From the IMG/VR virus record IMGVR_UViG_3300037245_004196: a DNA stretch of 64,000 bases; one strand, written 5' to 3'. Shown in pieces: positions 42,304 through 53,263 of the stretch. The DNA is from an uncultured virus (IMG/VR IMGVR_UViG_3300037245_004196). Taxonomy: Duplodnaviria > Heunggongvirae > Uroviricota > Caudoviricetes. Each line of letters begins with the position of its first letter. Within the stretch, counting starts at the first letter, position 1. Under the pieces are notes generated by a model. That model was not told where the DNA came from. It did no database searches and saw only the letters and a list, made by a program, of their open reading frames with translations. Made by a program: the position numbers and the translations under genes.

Positions 42304-42859
42304 CCCAAACCCAAACCCAACACCTCCAGGAATTGCCAATCCAGGATCGCCAGAACAGATCCTAAATACATTGGATGGTCTTAAAAAAAATGCCAACTTA
42401 GATCATAAAAAGAGTATGACGGGATATGGAATTTTGTACGCAGCCATTACAATGCCCAAATTTTTTGCATTGTTAATATCACTGATACTCTCCGTCTATG
42501 CTACGGTTGTAGGGATCCAAGGAGTAATCACTAAAGATTTAAATATTACTGCATTTATTGTTTCTGTCAGTATAGTTATCTTTTTTGTGATTATGTACAT
42601 AATCTGGGCAAGATCCGGAAAAGCTCATGTAGAATCTATTAAGGCAATTAAGGATGATCGAGATGAGATTGATAAAGGCAAAGATGAGTATATTCATTCC
42701 CTGGAAAGGGAACTTCGTTCTTCAGAGCGAAGAGAAATGGCATGGAGAACGGTGGCCACAATGTATAAATTTGCGTTTGATTATGCTAAAGAACAACTTC
42801 CAGCTTTAAAAGTACCCGACATAACTAAAACAATGGAAGAAATTAGAAATGAAATATAA
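42293..42859 (+). CDS. Two-TM membrane protein with coiled coil, lysis candidate
   Basis: Two hydrophobic helices; end of late operon; start reassigned to MSINPN. Confidence 0.6.
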   Translation: MSINPNPNPTPPGIANPGSPEQILNTLDGLKKNANLDHKKSMTGYGILYAAITMPKFFALLISLILSVYATVVGIQGVITKDLNITAFIVSVSIVIFFVIMYIIWARSGKAHVESIKAIKDDRDEIDKGKDEYIHSLERELRSSERREMAWRTVATMYKFAFDYAKEQLPALKVPDITKTMEEIRNEI

Positions 42860-42862
42860 ACA

Positions 42863-42876
42863 TTTAAATATTTAAA
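42863..42876 (+). promoter_or_regulatory. Palindromic TATA element TTTAAATATTTAAA
   Basis: Fourth exact copy; no long ORF follows. Confidence 0.65.
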
Positions 42877-43158
42877 TTTCTATAATTTATTTACACAAGG
42901 TTGGGAAGAACCCAATCTTCAAATTTTTTTCAGGAAATACCCCTAAAAAATCGGAATGCTCCCAATGTGAAAACTTGTCCTTTTGTCCTACAACCGGAAA
43001 AACCACCCCCTTTTTTTCTCTATTTTTAACTCCCTTATTTTTTCTCTTCATTATTTCATAAATTAAAAACCAATACTTTTAAATATTCTAATTTCCTACA
43101 TTTAAATATTATAATTTATTTATGATCTCAATAAATTATGATAAGGTGATTTTAAAAA

Positions 43159-43365
43159 ATGGGAACTCAAAAATATCAAATGACTGCCTACTTAAATGCA
43201 AAAATTGAAAAAGAATTTGCAGGTGCTACCCGGTCCTTTAATGCTGCTGCATATATCAGGCAATTAATTAAGCTTGATTTAAAAAAGGCAAAGAAAGACC
43301 AAGTATTTACCAAATTTAATGATGGCACAGCTAAACGCGTTTATGGAAAAGATGAAGAGGATTAG
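43159..43365 (+). CDS. RHH regulator
   Basis: YQMTAYL...FNAAAYIRQLIKLDL; GGTGA RBS; TATA at 43101. Confidence 0.65.
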   Translation: MGTQKYQMTAYLNAKIEKEFAGATRSFNAAAYIRQLIKLDLKKAKKDQVFTKFNDGTAKRVYGKDEED

Positions 43366-43368
43366 ACA

Positions 43369-44310
43369 ATGGCAGGAAAAGGCTTAGGGACATGGAAAAC
43401 AGTTTTAAAAGGGAGAGATTTTAAAGAAGGGCCAGATGAGAGTCTGCCTCCCTTTATTTTACGGACGGAGGAATTTAAAGATGGTACAAAAGTTTTCAGG
43501 GATAAATTATACCCTTATCTCGCAGGTATTTATCCAGATGAAGCATTAATTCAGAATGGGTTCATGGATCTTGATCTATTATATCAAAATACTGATGATG
43601 TAAATATTAAAAACACCTATAAAAAAGAACGAGAAGGTGGTTCTTTATTTGACCAATTTCCAACACCATTATGTGGAAGAAAAGTATTCATCATTAAATT
43701 TAACGTTCGAGATGGTCGATTTGTCCAATGGGAATATGATAAGAAGAAATTTATCTATTCTACTAAAACAACAAAAACAGGTGATTTTTTTAAAACTAAA
43801 GCGCAATATGCAACCGGATTAAATAAGAAAATTGGATATGCTGAACAAAAGAAGGCAGAAAAATCTTCTTCAACAAGTATGTTTGAAGACGCATTTGCTG
43901 GTGATGAACCAGAAGAGGAAGAAGAGGGAGAAGAAGAACCTAACTTTCAAATGAATTATCAAAGTGTAAATGTTTATTTCGCAGAGTATCTTGAAGAAAG
44001 ATTGGCCCAATCAATTAAAGCTTTAAGTGAAAGTGTCAAACCCAATTTTAAACAAGATGCCACTGCTGAATTAGCAGCTAATGGTTTTGAGCCTCACGAT
44101 GATAATTTTAGTAAATCTTTGGCCATAGAAATAGATAAACAGAAATTGAAATGGGAAAAAACAGCAGAAATTATTCATTTATTCTGTATTTCAGATATGC
44201 CAACGAAACAAAAGTCCATAATTAATAAAGAGCCTATAACATGGTGGTCCATCTATGTGTATGATACATTTTTTCTTGAGGACCCAGACGATGAGTCAGA
44301 AGATGTTTAA
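43369..44310 (+). CDS. Hypothetical protein, acidic C-terminus
   Basis: 313-aa ORF in recombination module. Confidence 0.6.
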   Translation: MAGKGLGTWKTVLKGRDFKEGPDESLPPFILRTEEFKDGTKVFRDKLYPYLAGIYPDEALIQNGFMDLDLLYQNTDDVNIKNTYKKEREGGSLFDQFPTPLCGRKVFIIKFNVRDGRFVQWEYDKKKFIYSTKTTKTGDFFKTKAQYATGLNKKIGYAEQKKAEKSSSTSMFEDAFAGDEPEEEEEGEEEPNFQMNYQSVNVYFAEYLEERLAQSIKALSESVKPNFKQDATAELAANGFEPHDDNFSKSLAIEIDKQKLKWEKTAEIIHLFCISDMPTKQKSIINKEPITWWSIYVYDTFFLEDPDDESEDV

Positions 44311-44660
44311 TCTTAATTTTTTTGTTCTGAAATTACAAGATTATACTTATGGAGATGATTGGCGATGATTTTAAGGGAAAAGGAATTAAAATATCTACTT
44401 CATGGAGCTATACAATTTGGCTCGCAATTAATGAAAGAAATTTATGACGGTGGTATTAGTACAGCAAAAAAACCAAAAGAATGGGTTGACGAGATTATAA
44501 AAAAATTAAGAGATGATCAAATGAGCAAAATACGATATACTATTATGACGCATACACTAAATGAAATGGGGGACCCTATTGATATGGAACGAATTTCTAC
44601 TGCTGATTTTAATGAAGCGCGGGATTTTTTTGATAAACGAAAACCAAAGAGTGAGGAAAA

Positions 44661-46364
44661 ATGAGTGACAAAAAAAGCACAGCATTAAAATTAGTTCAAT
44701 CTGGAGGATATGTTTCTGTTGTCCATAAAAACGTTGATCTTGAATTATTTAAAAAAATTCATGATAGATTACAAATATATCCAGAACTCGGTGAATGTTC
44801 CTTTATCTTAGGAAAATTATACTTCACTGCAAAAGGGGCTAAAAGAATAGCTCATGCACAGAAAATGAAGGGTGTTAAATTTGAATATGTTAATCCTGAA
44901 GAGTTTGCAAAGAAAGTTCCTTGGTTAAGACAAGAAAAGCTTAATAATAAAAAAGAAAAAACAGGGCATTATTTGTGGGAACAAATGATAATTGTCAAAG
45001 CGTTTGTCCAAAATAAAGAGGATGGTTGGGTTCAAGGGATGGGGATTGTAGACATAGAAGTTGAATTAGCAAAACGAAGGAATAAAAAAACAAAAGAAGC
45101 ATCAAAATGGGGAATAAAAGAATTATGTTATTTTACGGAAACAAAGTCGATTACTCGTGCAATTGGCAACGCTTATTCTATTGAAATTTTTGATGATTTA
45201 CCCAATAAAATGAAAAAAGAAGCCATTGATGTTAGAACTGCAATAGAAAAGAAATATCCAAATGTAATTACGGTAGAAGCTACAGAGGATGAAATTGCTT
45301 TAAACATTGATAATTTTGAGATGAAACCTCAGAAGAAAACGAAAAAACCGAAAACGAAAAAGTCTACTAAGAAGAAAATAATCGAACTAAAAGCAGAACC
45401 CTCTTCTAAATTCCAATTTACAACTGATGCAGAAGGAGTAGTCGAAAAAGAGATTGCGACCGATTTAGAAAAAGTAGTAATTGAAGAGGTAAATAAAACC
45501 CGTAAATTAAAAGAAGAAGTAAAGACGGGTAAAAAACTTGATGAGAAAATGAAGAATTTGACAGATGATCTGGATAAAGTCAAATACCTCCGGAATCAAC
45601 AAAAACAAGCAGAGAAGAAGGACCCCAAGAAAGAAGCGGAAGCTTTTTTCAGTGAAGAAGGGCCAACCGATACTAAAAAAAGTAAAAAAACCCTTTTACG
45701 TGCAACTAATTTCTTTGACTCTTTTTCATTAAAAGAAAAACCGAAACCTGCAGCTCCAACGAAAACGGAAGCTTCACCAAAAATACCTAAGAAGAAATCC
45801 ACTAAAAAGAAGAAAAAAGTCATAACAGAGATTTCTAAAAAAAAGAAATCTTCTAAAAAGAAAAAGGGCGAGGACGATTTAACTACTGGAACGGTCTTCA
45901 TAAAACTGCAAGATCAAGGTGAAAAAGAATATGATTATTACAGCTCAACCAAAGGTGGGGCAAGTGAAGATATTCCATACTCCATTTATCTTCAGATCAT
46001 TAAAGCGGGAATAGAACATTATAAAATTGAAGATCCAGAGTTGAGTGATTTGTTAAATCTTAATTTGAGCACAAAAAATGAAGAGGAAACATATCTTTCT
46101 ATTTTAAAAATGACCTATGAAGATTCACACGCGTTTGATACTGTAAAAGACATTACATCAAAGTTTAAGAAACAAATGAAAAAAATAATTAAAGAAATCC
46201 TGGATAAAGCATCTAAAATATCTAAAACGACACCCAACGATTTTATGCTTGAAATCGGCAAAGCCATGAAATATACAGAACAAGAGACCTTATGGTTGGC
46301 CAAATTTTTAGCTGGAAATAAATTAGTGGAATTTAATCCAAAAGGAGTCGTTTATTATTTTTAG
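44661..46364 (+). CDS. RecT/Rad52-like single-strand annealing protein with long Lys-rich linker
   Basis: LYFTAKGAKRIAH...VKAFV...GMG...ETKSITRAIGNAY. Confidence 0.6.
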   Translation: MSDKKSTALKLVQSGGYVSVVHKNVDLELFKKIHDRLQIYPELGECSFILGKLYFTAKGAKRIAHAQKMKGVKFEYVNPEEFAKKVPWLRQEKLNNKKEKTGHYLWEQMIIVKAFVQNKEDGWVQGMGIVDIEVELAKRRNKKTKEASKWGIKELCYFTETKSITRAIGNAYSIEIFDDLPNKMKKEAIDVRTAIEKKYPNVITVEATEDEIALNIDNFEMKPQKKTKKPKTKKSTKKKIIELKAEPSSKFQFTTDAEGVVEKEIATDLEKVVIEEVNKTRKLKEEVKTGKKLDEKMKNLTDDLDKVKYLRNQQKQAEKKDPKKEAEAFFSEEGPTDTKKSKKTLLRATNFFDSFSLKEKPKPAAPTKTEASPKIPKKKSTKKKKKVITEISKKKKSSKKKKGEDDLTTGTVFIKLQDQGEKEYDYYSSTKGGASEDIPYSIYLQIIKAGIEHYKIEDPELSDLLNLNLSTKNEEETYLSILKMTYEDSHAFDTVKDITSKFKKQMKKIIKEILDKASKISKTTPNDFMLEIGKAMKYTEQETLWLAKFLAGNKLVEFNPKGVVYYF

Positions 46365-46650
46365 GTGATTAAAATGGGAAAAACGGAAATAGTTCAATCA
46401 GTTATTTTAAAAAAATGGTATCTTGCGCGGACTAATAAAGATGGGATAATGTCCTCAGATAAACGGGAAATTCCAGAACAAACATTAATGAGAATTGTTC
46501 TGGATTGGTTTGGAAAAAAAATAGAAGAGAATTCAGCAGTTCATGTTGGGCTTAAGGATGAGAATGGACTTATTTATGACATAATTATCGCTAAACCAAA
46601 TTCATTAGATAAAATCAAAAAAGTAATAAAAAAAATGGAGGGTAATTAAA

Positions 46651-47280
46651 ATGGTGAAAAAAATTGAATCGTTAGAGACAATAACTTATGGAAAAATGCT
46701 TAAAAAATGGAAAACGTCTGACGAGAGAAACCAGATAGTTGACAAGGTGTTGGAATTATTGACATCAATTGGGATGGAGGAATTACATGAATTTTTAGAT
46801 GAAGGAGGATACTTTGAAGCACCAGCAAGTACGGCCTTTCATGGATCAAAAATAGGGGGATTAGCTGAACATTGTTTAGAAGTTTATTCTTTATTTAATA
46901 ATCTTGTCAAATTTAAAAATTTAGACGTTCCAGATGAAACAATTATTAAATGTTCGTTATTGCATGATTTCTGTAAGTTAAAGTTGTATGAACCCAAAAT
47001 ATTTAAATCTGGGCCAAGGAAAGGAAAACTTGGATATGAAACAAACGACCAATTTCCAGCTGGACATGGAGCAAAATCAGTAATTCTTCTTCAACAAATA
47101 GGTGTTTCATTAAACCCGAAAGAAGTGTTAATGATTCAATGGCACATGATGCTTGACAATCGTGAATTCCAAAGATACCGAGACAAAATTAAAAAACTCT
47201 GTCCGGAAGCGATTCTGTTTGGTTGTTGTGATCATATTTCCAGTGTAATTGAGGAGATGAAAGTAGATGCAGACGTATAA
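46651..47280 (+). CDS. HD-domain phosphohydrolase
   Basis: APAS..FH...GGLAEH, LLHDFCK, GHG, WHM, D. Confidence 0.9.
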   Translation: MVKKIESLETITYGKMLKKWKTSDERNQIVDKVLELLTSIGMEELHEFLDEGGYFEAPASTAFHGSKIGGLAEHCLEVYSLFNNLVKFKNLDVPDETIIKCSLLHDFCKLKLYEPKIFKSGPRKGKLGYETNDQFPAGHGAKSVILLQQIGVSLNPKEVLMIQWHMMLDNREFQRYRDKIKKLCPEAILFGCCDHISSVIEEMKVDADV

Positions 47281-47471
47281 ATACCGATGTCCTCATTGTA
47301 AGGAATGGGTCATATATAAACCACGAAAAATTCCTCAATTATATTATAGTAAACATGGAGGTTTAACTGGCCCAATGACAAGACATAAGGGATTCGCAGT
47401 AAATCTAATAAATGTCCCACATGAACCAAAATTTCCCTTTGAAGAAGATAATTAAAAATTGGTGAAAAAAC

Positions 47472-47687
47472 ATGGGAAAAATTAAATGTACTTGTAATCC
47501 AAAACGACGAGGATGCTCTCATTATTCCGCGGGAAAATGTAGATTAACTGGAAATTCTTCTAATTTTTATTTAGCACCTTGTATTATGAAATCAAATAGT
47601 TATCATTATGCTTGTTGTATAGTATATTTGAAATTGGGAAAAGAATGGGAAAGAAGGAGAAAAGAAGAACGTGCAAATCGTCATTGA
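47472..47687 (+). CDS. Cys-rich small protein, paralog of 9920-10102
   Basis: KCTCNPKRRGCSHYSAGKCRL...SYHYACC...KLG. Confidence 0.75.
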   Translation: MGKIKCTCNPKRRGCSHYSAGKCRLTGNSSNFYLAPCIMKSNSYHYACCIVYLKLGKEWERRRKEERANRH

Positions 47688-48375
47688 TGATCTGGAAACC
47701 AAGCTAATTGAAGCTTTCATAAGAAGAAAGATTGAACATCGCGTAGAACACCTTCATATCGGAGATGCTCATGTCAGCGCAGAATTACCCGTAGAGATAA
47801 AACGCATTTTTTATAATGATTCAGGGGTGTTTAATGACGTTAAAGCTTCTCTCGAAGATAGTAGGTATAGGAAACAATCAGAAGAGAGGAGAGATACCTT
47901 TAAACGAAATGCGATAATCGTTCAAATTGAAATTGATTGGAAGGATTTATATAATGAAGGATTTACTTACAATGAATTTATGGGATTTATTGTCTCTGTG
48001 CAATGGCGATACAATGGGATGTTTTATTTAACGGGTAATGTTGATGAAACAATTGACATCTTACTTTTACTTCATAAAAGAGAAATTGAAGCAGGAAGAG
48101 CGGAATCAATCAATAGACCCCCACGACCTAAATCATTACCGCAAAGACAAAGATATTTCGTCAAGGGATTTATCGGATGTGGTGACAAGATGACTGATGA
48201 TTTATTACTTTTTTATAAAACAATTATTAATATCATCGCGGCCCTATTAAACGGTCATATATTAACAAGAAAGGGGTTTGGTAAGTTATTTAAAGCAAAA
48301 AATATGGAATTATTAGAAACAGAATATAAAAAAGAGGAGAAAAAAGTATGGGGCGAATCAGTCGAAAACCAATGA
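47671..48375 (+). CDS. ERCC4/XPF-Mus81 family nuclease with HhH tail
   Basis: IVIDDLE, LHIGD, VEIKR, ASLEDSRYRKQ, GCG/GFG HhH motifs. Confidence 0.85.
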   Translation: MQIVIDDLETKLIEAFIRRKIEHRVEHLHIGDAHVSAELPVEIKRIFYNDSGVFNDVKASLEDSRYRKQSEERRDTFKRNAIIVQIEIDWKDLYNEGFTYNEFMGFIVSVQWRYNGMFYLTGNVDETIDILLLLHKREIEAGRAESINRPPRPKSLPQRQRYFVKGFIGCGDKMTDDLLLFYKTIINIIAALLNGHILTRKGFGKLFKAKNMELLETEYKKEEKKVWGESVENQ

Positions 48376-48545
48376 AAGTGGTCACGATCAACTTTCCTAA
48401 TCAATACATGGATAAGATTAAACAAATTCAAGATCGAAAGGGAGAACCTCATAATAATTCAGAGGGTGTTCGTCAAGCTCTTTATGATTTTTTGAAGAAT
48501 GAACCAAAATTAATGGAGGAATTGAGTTGCGTATCATTACAGTAA
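48348..48545 (+). CDS. CopG/Arc RHH regulator
   Basis: MKVVTINFPNQYMDKI...NNSEGVRQALYDFL. Confidence 0.8.
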   Translation: MGRISRKPMKVVTINFPNQYMDKIKQIQDRKGEPHNNSEGVRQALYDFLKNEPKLMEELSCVSLQ

Positions 48546-48802
48546 ATATTCCAAGACAGATTCTTAAGACTATAGATCTATTGACGGGGGTAAAGGGATT
48601 ATATCCAAGTCGAAGTGAACTTATTCGGGTTGCCGTACGCGATTGGCTTATCAAGGAAATTCAAAATGCCAAGGCTTTTGAAAAGGTAATTGGTAATCCT
48701 AAACCGCCTAAACCAATCCAAAAATCCAATAACATCTGTTTTGATGATGGAACGATTGTAACTCTTAAACAACCACAGAGGCTTGTAAATGGACAGAATT
48801 GA
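48527..48802 (+). CDS. CopG/Arc RHH regulator
   Basis: RIITVNIP...GLYPSRSELIRVAVRDWL. Confidence 0.85.
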   Translation: MRIITVNIPRQILKTIDLLTGVKGLYPSRSELIRVAVRDWLIKEIQNAKAFEKVIGNPKPPKPIQKSNNICFDDGTIVTLKQPQRLVNGQN

Positions 48803-49535
48803 TGGAAATTTTTCACAATGTATTATTGAAGATGCGCTTGAATATATGAAACGTCTCCCCAATAAAATATTTGATCTTTCCATAACTGATTTTCCTTGGG
48901 GATCTGACTTTGACGCATCAAAGAAAAGAGGTTTCAGGGGTAAAAAAGGGAGTAAAACTCAAATAAATTATTATGATAAATGGAGACCGGAATGGAATCT
49001 TATAATGATTAAGGAATTACAGCGCGTAAGTAAACAAATTATTATGGCCATTTCTAAAAAGAGATTAAAATGGTGGATCAGAAATACCGATCCCGTTGGG
49101 ATAATCATAGTGGCATATCCAAATGGTTATAGTTCAAGTAAAATCTCGCGTCGTGATTCTTGGACTCCTTATCTTTGTTATGGAAATTTTAAACCAAAAG
49201 AAAATAAAATTCACAATAATGTTGAAGGAATTATCATGAGTGTTGGGTTTATGAAGGGAAAAAGAAATAAACGAGATTCTAAAAGAGAATATATTAACCC
49301 TTCTCCAAAAGATCACACACTTTGGGAGATATGGGTGAAAGATTTAAAGCCCAGAATTATGTATGATCCCACTGCCGGTTCAGGATGCCTATGTGAAGTG
49401 GGAGAAAGATTAGGTATTGAAACTTATTCCACAGAAATAAATCTTGATTATATTCCAGATATTAAAATGAGAATAAGAGAAGGTATTCGCGCTTATAATC
49501 CACGCGCAATAACATATCAACAAAAACTGGGATGA
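48789..49535 (+). CDS. Beta-class N4/N6 DNA methyltransferase
   Basis: DALEYM, ITDFPW (variant DPPY), PSPK, YDPTAGSG, EIN. Confidence 0.8.
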   Translation: MDRIDGNFSQCIIEDALEYMKRLPNKIFDLSITDFPWGSDFDASKKRGFRGKKGSKTQINYYDKWRPEWNLIMIKELQRVSKQIIMAISKKRLKWWIRNTDPVGIIIVAYPNGYSSSKISRRDSWTPYLCYGNFKPKENKIHNNVEGIIMSVGFMKGKRNKRDSKREYINPSPKDHTLWEIWVKDLKPRIMYDPTAGSGCLCEVGERLGIETYSTEINLDYIPDIKMRIREGIRAYNPRAITYQQKLG

Positions 49536-50011
49536 AAAATGGAAAAAAAGCCCATAAATTTATGTGATTCATGTACTAAAATACAAAAATGCGCCTTTAG
49601 AAAAAATGCCAAAATAAAAAGAGTAGAAGCATGTGTGTCTCATGATAAAGATCCATGGAACGAATTAGCGGAAGAAGAAAAGAAACAGGTGAAACAAAAT
49701 GGGTAATAAAAAATTTAATTTCTTAGAGACTTTAATTGAGCGCAACGGGAGCGTTGAATCAAATATTGAATGGTTCATGTCATGGGGATTTGATCGATCA
49801 TGGAATGAACAATTACCGTATCTCTTTAAACTCATGAATAATTTAGCGGAATATCGAGAGAGATTTTTATGGATGGGAACAGCATGAATCTTGAAATGAA
49901 TCTTCGGTCTACTCTAACATTTTTTAATAAGATGCTTCTCATTGTGTATGCCACAGGAGATGTTTATCTATATGATGGAAAGAAAGGGTATTTGGTAATG
50001 GAGGTTAAATT

Positions 50012-50689
50012 ATGAAAAAAAAAATGAGATATTATATTGCAGGACCAATTCAAGGGTTTCTGCGGAAAACATGGAATTTTAAGAATTATACAGAAAAACA
50101 AATTCTCTTTATGAATTGGGATGCCGCGTTAAAATGGGGCCATGAAATGGTCTTGAAATTACATCAAATGGGAATAGATAATGTGTTTAGTCCTCAAATT
50201 TATACTATTCAATTAGCGAAAGCGGCCTATGATAAAATTGGGAATGATCGAGAGTATTGGCTTAAACTGGATTTAGGTTTTATCGCGGATTTTATGAAAG
50301 GGGACGCACATATGGCATATGTTGAATGTTGTAAAAACTGCGACACCCCACATAAATTAGATGGTTATTATCAATCCGTTCCTAATTGTGAATGTAAAAC
50401 AACATCATGGATAGTCCAACGTCAAATCTATGATTCGGGCATCACGATCTTGATGAGTAAAATCGCTTATGAAGATCAATATCTTTGTTTACATTGTAAT
50501 ATTCCACTTACAGATATTAAAAAAGAGGAGGGGTATTGTGTTGCATGTACGTCAAATGAATTACTTAATATTCCACATAGAGAATGGCGTTCAAAAGGAT
50601 GTGAAATTGAATATAATTACGCCAAGAAGAATCATATCCAAGTGTTAGATTTAGATTCTTTTTTGGAAAGGAGGGAAGTTGAAGTATGA
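50012..50689 (+). CDS. Nucleoside 2-deoxyribosyltransferase-like (DUF1937/DUF4406) protein with zinc-finger inserts
   Basis: YYIAGP, FSPQ, WLKLD, SKGCEIEYNYAKK. Confidence 0.65.
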   Translation: MKKKMRYYIAGPIQGFLRKTWNFKNYTEKQILFMNWDAALKWGHEMVLKLHQMGIDNVFSPQIYTIQLAKAAYDKIGNDREYWLKLDLGFIADFMKGDAHMAYVECCKNCDTPHKLDGYYQSVPNCECKTTSWIVQRQIYDSGITILMSKIAYEDQYLCLHCNIPLTDIKKEEGYCVACTSNELLNIPHREWRSKGCEIEYNYAKKNHIQVLDLDSFLERREVEV

Positions 50690-53263
50690 ACGATATTGAG
50701 AAAATTGTAGATTTAATTCGCAGAAATTATTCTAATGATGTGGAAACACAAGACAATCATGATGGCACGGTCCTTATCCATTTTAAAAGGACCCAATTAA
50801 CATGGTGGGATTTAAAATCATTTTTTACATATCATAAATTGGATCAAGAGAAATTGTTGAAGGAATGGAGAGTTGAAGCGGTTTCACGATATAATGTTAG
50901 AGTGATGTTGTGGATTAGAAAATTAGAGGATAAAAAAACATGAGTGAAAATGAGATAACAATTGTCGGACCGGGATTGGAAGCAATCCTTGTAAAAGAAG
51001 AAAAATCCAAAGATCCTTGTGAAGGTTGTGGATTTAAAGATGTCTGTAAACCGTGGGACCCAAAGGAGGTCTCAGTATGAGTAAAGAGAAGATGCGTGTT
51101 TTTTGGATGAAAATATTTGATTTAATTGCCCATCTATTAATTAGAATTTATAAAAAACATGAAAATGGACATGCTTGGGATGTCATGTACAAAGACATTC
51201 ACGTAGATATTAGGAGAGAAGTAGATGCAACCTTTCCTAAAGAGGCGAAGAGCTTGATGAATAAATATCAGAAACGATATCTTGAAGGGGCAAAAAAAGA
51301 AATTCCCGAAATAATCAAAATGTTGGATGATGAGGTTAAAAGAAGGGAGAGTCCATATGCAGATGGTCTTAGGATTCGATTAGGACAGACAATTGTATTA
51401 TTAAAACATTATGGAGGAGATCTTGAATGGAATTAAAATATTTGGTCTTAAAATTATCGAATCGGGTTGATATTGTAGTAATTCGGGATGAACTCAATAA
51501 GATAATAGGAAAAAGAAAACCATTTGCTTATATGTTAAAATGGAAAGATATTGCAGATATTCTTATAAATTCGGAGGATAAATCATGACCAAAGAATGTT
51601 CAACATGTCGATGTTCCCATAAGGAGGGTTATAACTGATGGGTATCCCAGATATTACATGTCCACTTTGTAAGAATCTTATTGATACAGATTGTTGCATA
51701 AAAGAAGTGGGCTATGTGGCCATCAGTTTTAAAATTGGGATTATTGCAGAAATTATTGTTAAATGTAATTCTTGTTTTAAGAAATTTAAAATAATATTTG
51801 AGGGAGGACATATTGCATGAGTAAAATACCTTTTATTATTTGTAGTATTTGTGGGACTGAACTCCCCATGAAAAAATATGGAGATATGTGGTATCATGCA
51901 GGAAAATGTCCCCATTATAAGAAGGTTCCAAAGCCAAAAGTTCTTCCCCTCATGTTAAAAGAATCGTGGGCTTTATTAGAAATGATACTTCCAACCATCG
52001 CGAAGAAGGCAATTTATATTAGATTTACTGGTAGACATGGGGAGTCTATGGAAGAATCCGTACGAATGTTGGAGTTTGCCCAAGAATATGTTAAATGGTA
52101 TGAGGGGTTAAAATCATGAAAACGAGATATTTTGTAGAATATTATGATAAAGCGGGGATGCGACAAGAATGGACTAATGTTGCTGATTCGTTTGGGCATA
52201 TGGCCTATCTTTTTATGTATGCCTTGATTAACGGAAAAATGTATGAAGAAAAAGATATATTAAAAATCACAAGAGGAAGCCATTCTCGGAAAGAAGCAAA
52301 GGGTAAAAAACCAACCCCCGTCTATTTATACTCTATTGGTTATGTTAGATGTGGAGTATGTGGAACGTTTTATCTTGAGGCAGATCATAAACATTGTCCT
52401 ACATGCCGATATATTGAATTATCCAATATTTTAAAAAGAATAGTTAATGGAGAGGATGAATAATGAGTTGTCCCAAATGTAGTAGTGATGATGTGTGGGA
52501 TATGGGGACCTATTGTGAATGTGGGGAATGTGGCCATGAATGGAGTATCCTTACAACAATATTAGGATGGCCATTAAAAAAATTGAAGGAGATGAATCCA
52601 TGAGCAAAGAACAAGCAGAAAATATAAAACAATTAACTCAGAAATATGATCAATTAATTGAAGGATTGGATAAATACGATAAGATTTATTCTGATATATG
52701 TCAACAAAGCATAGAAGCAAATAGAGGGTGTTTTGGCTTTTTAGAGGATGACCCTAAATTAAAATATGGATGGTTTCTAAAACAAATGCTTGAATCCGCG
52801 CTATTTTCCCTTCATCTTGTTATAGATGGTAAACAAGATACGAATGGAGAATGTAGTAAAAAATGTCTTGGCTGTTCTGGTGGACATTATGATAATACAT
52901 CAAAAAGCTGGTCATGTCAAATGATCTGTGAGTGTAAATAATATGAAGATTAAAAAAAAGAAATTTTTATTCCGATCCGAGGTAAAAGCGCGTTATCTTG
53001 AAGCTTTTCTTAGGGATATAAAAACAAAACCCGAGGAAGTATTTGATTATATGAGTAAATATATATATACAGAACATTCCCGTAATTATGAATTTGAAGG
53101 AGAATTGAACGGTCTTTTTGATGGTGTAATTCATGTAATTAAGGAATTATGTCCATTTGATGGGCTTTTTTGTTCATTTGGACGTTACAATATTGAAGAT
53201 GGTATTTGTAAATATTATCAATATTTTAGAGATAACCCAAAATGGAAGGAGGAATTTTCTTAA
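50686..53263 (+). other. Cluster of small hypothetical and zinc-finger genes
   Basis: ORFs 50686-50943, 51053-51436, 51638-51820, 51817-52119, 52116-52463, 52540-52941, 52928-53263. Confidence 0.7.
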
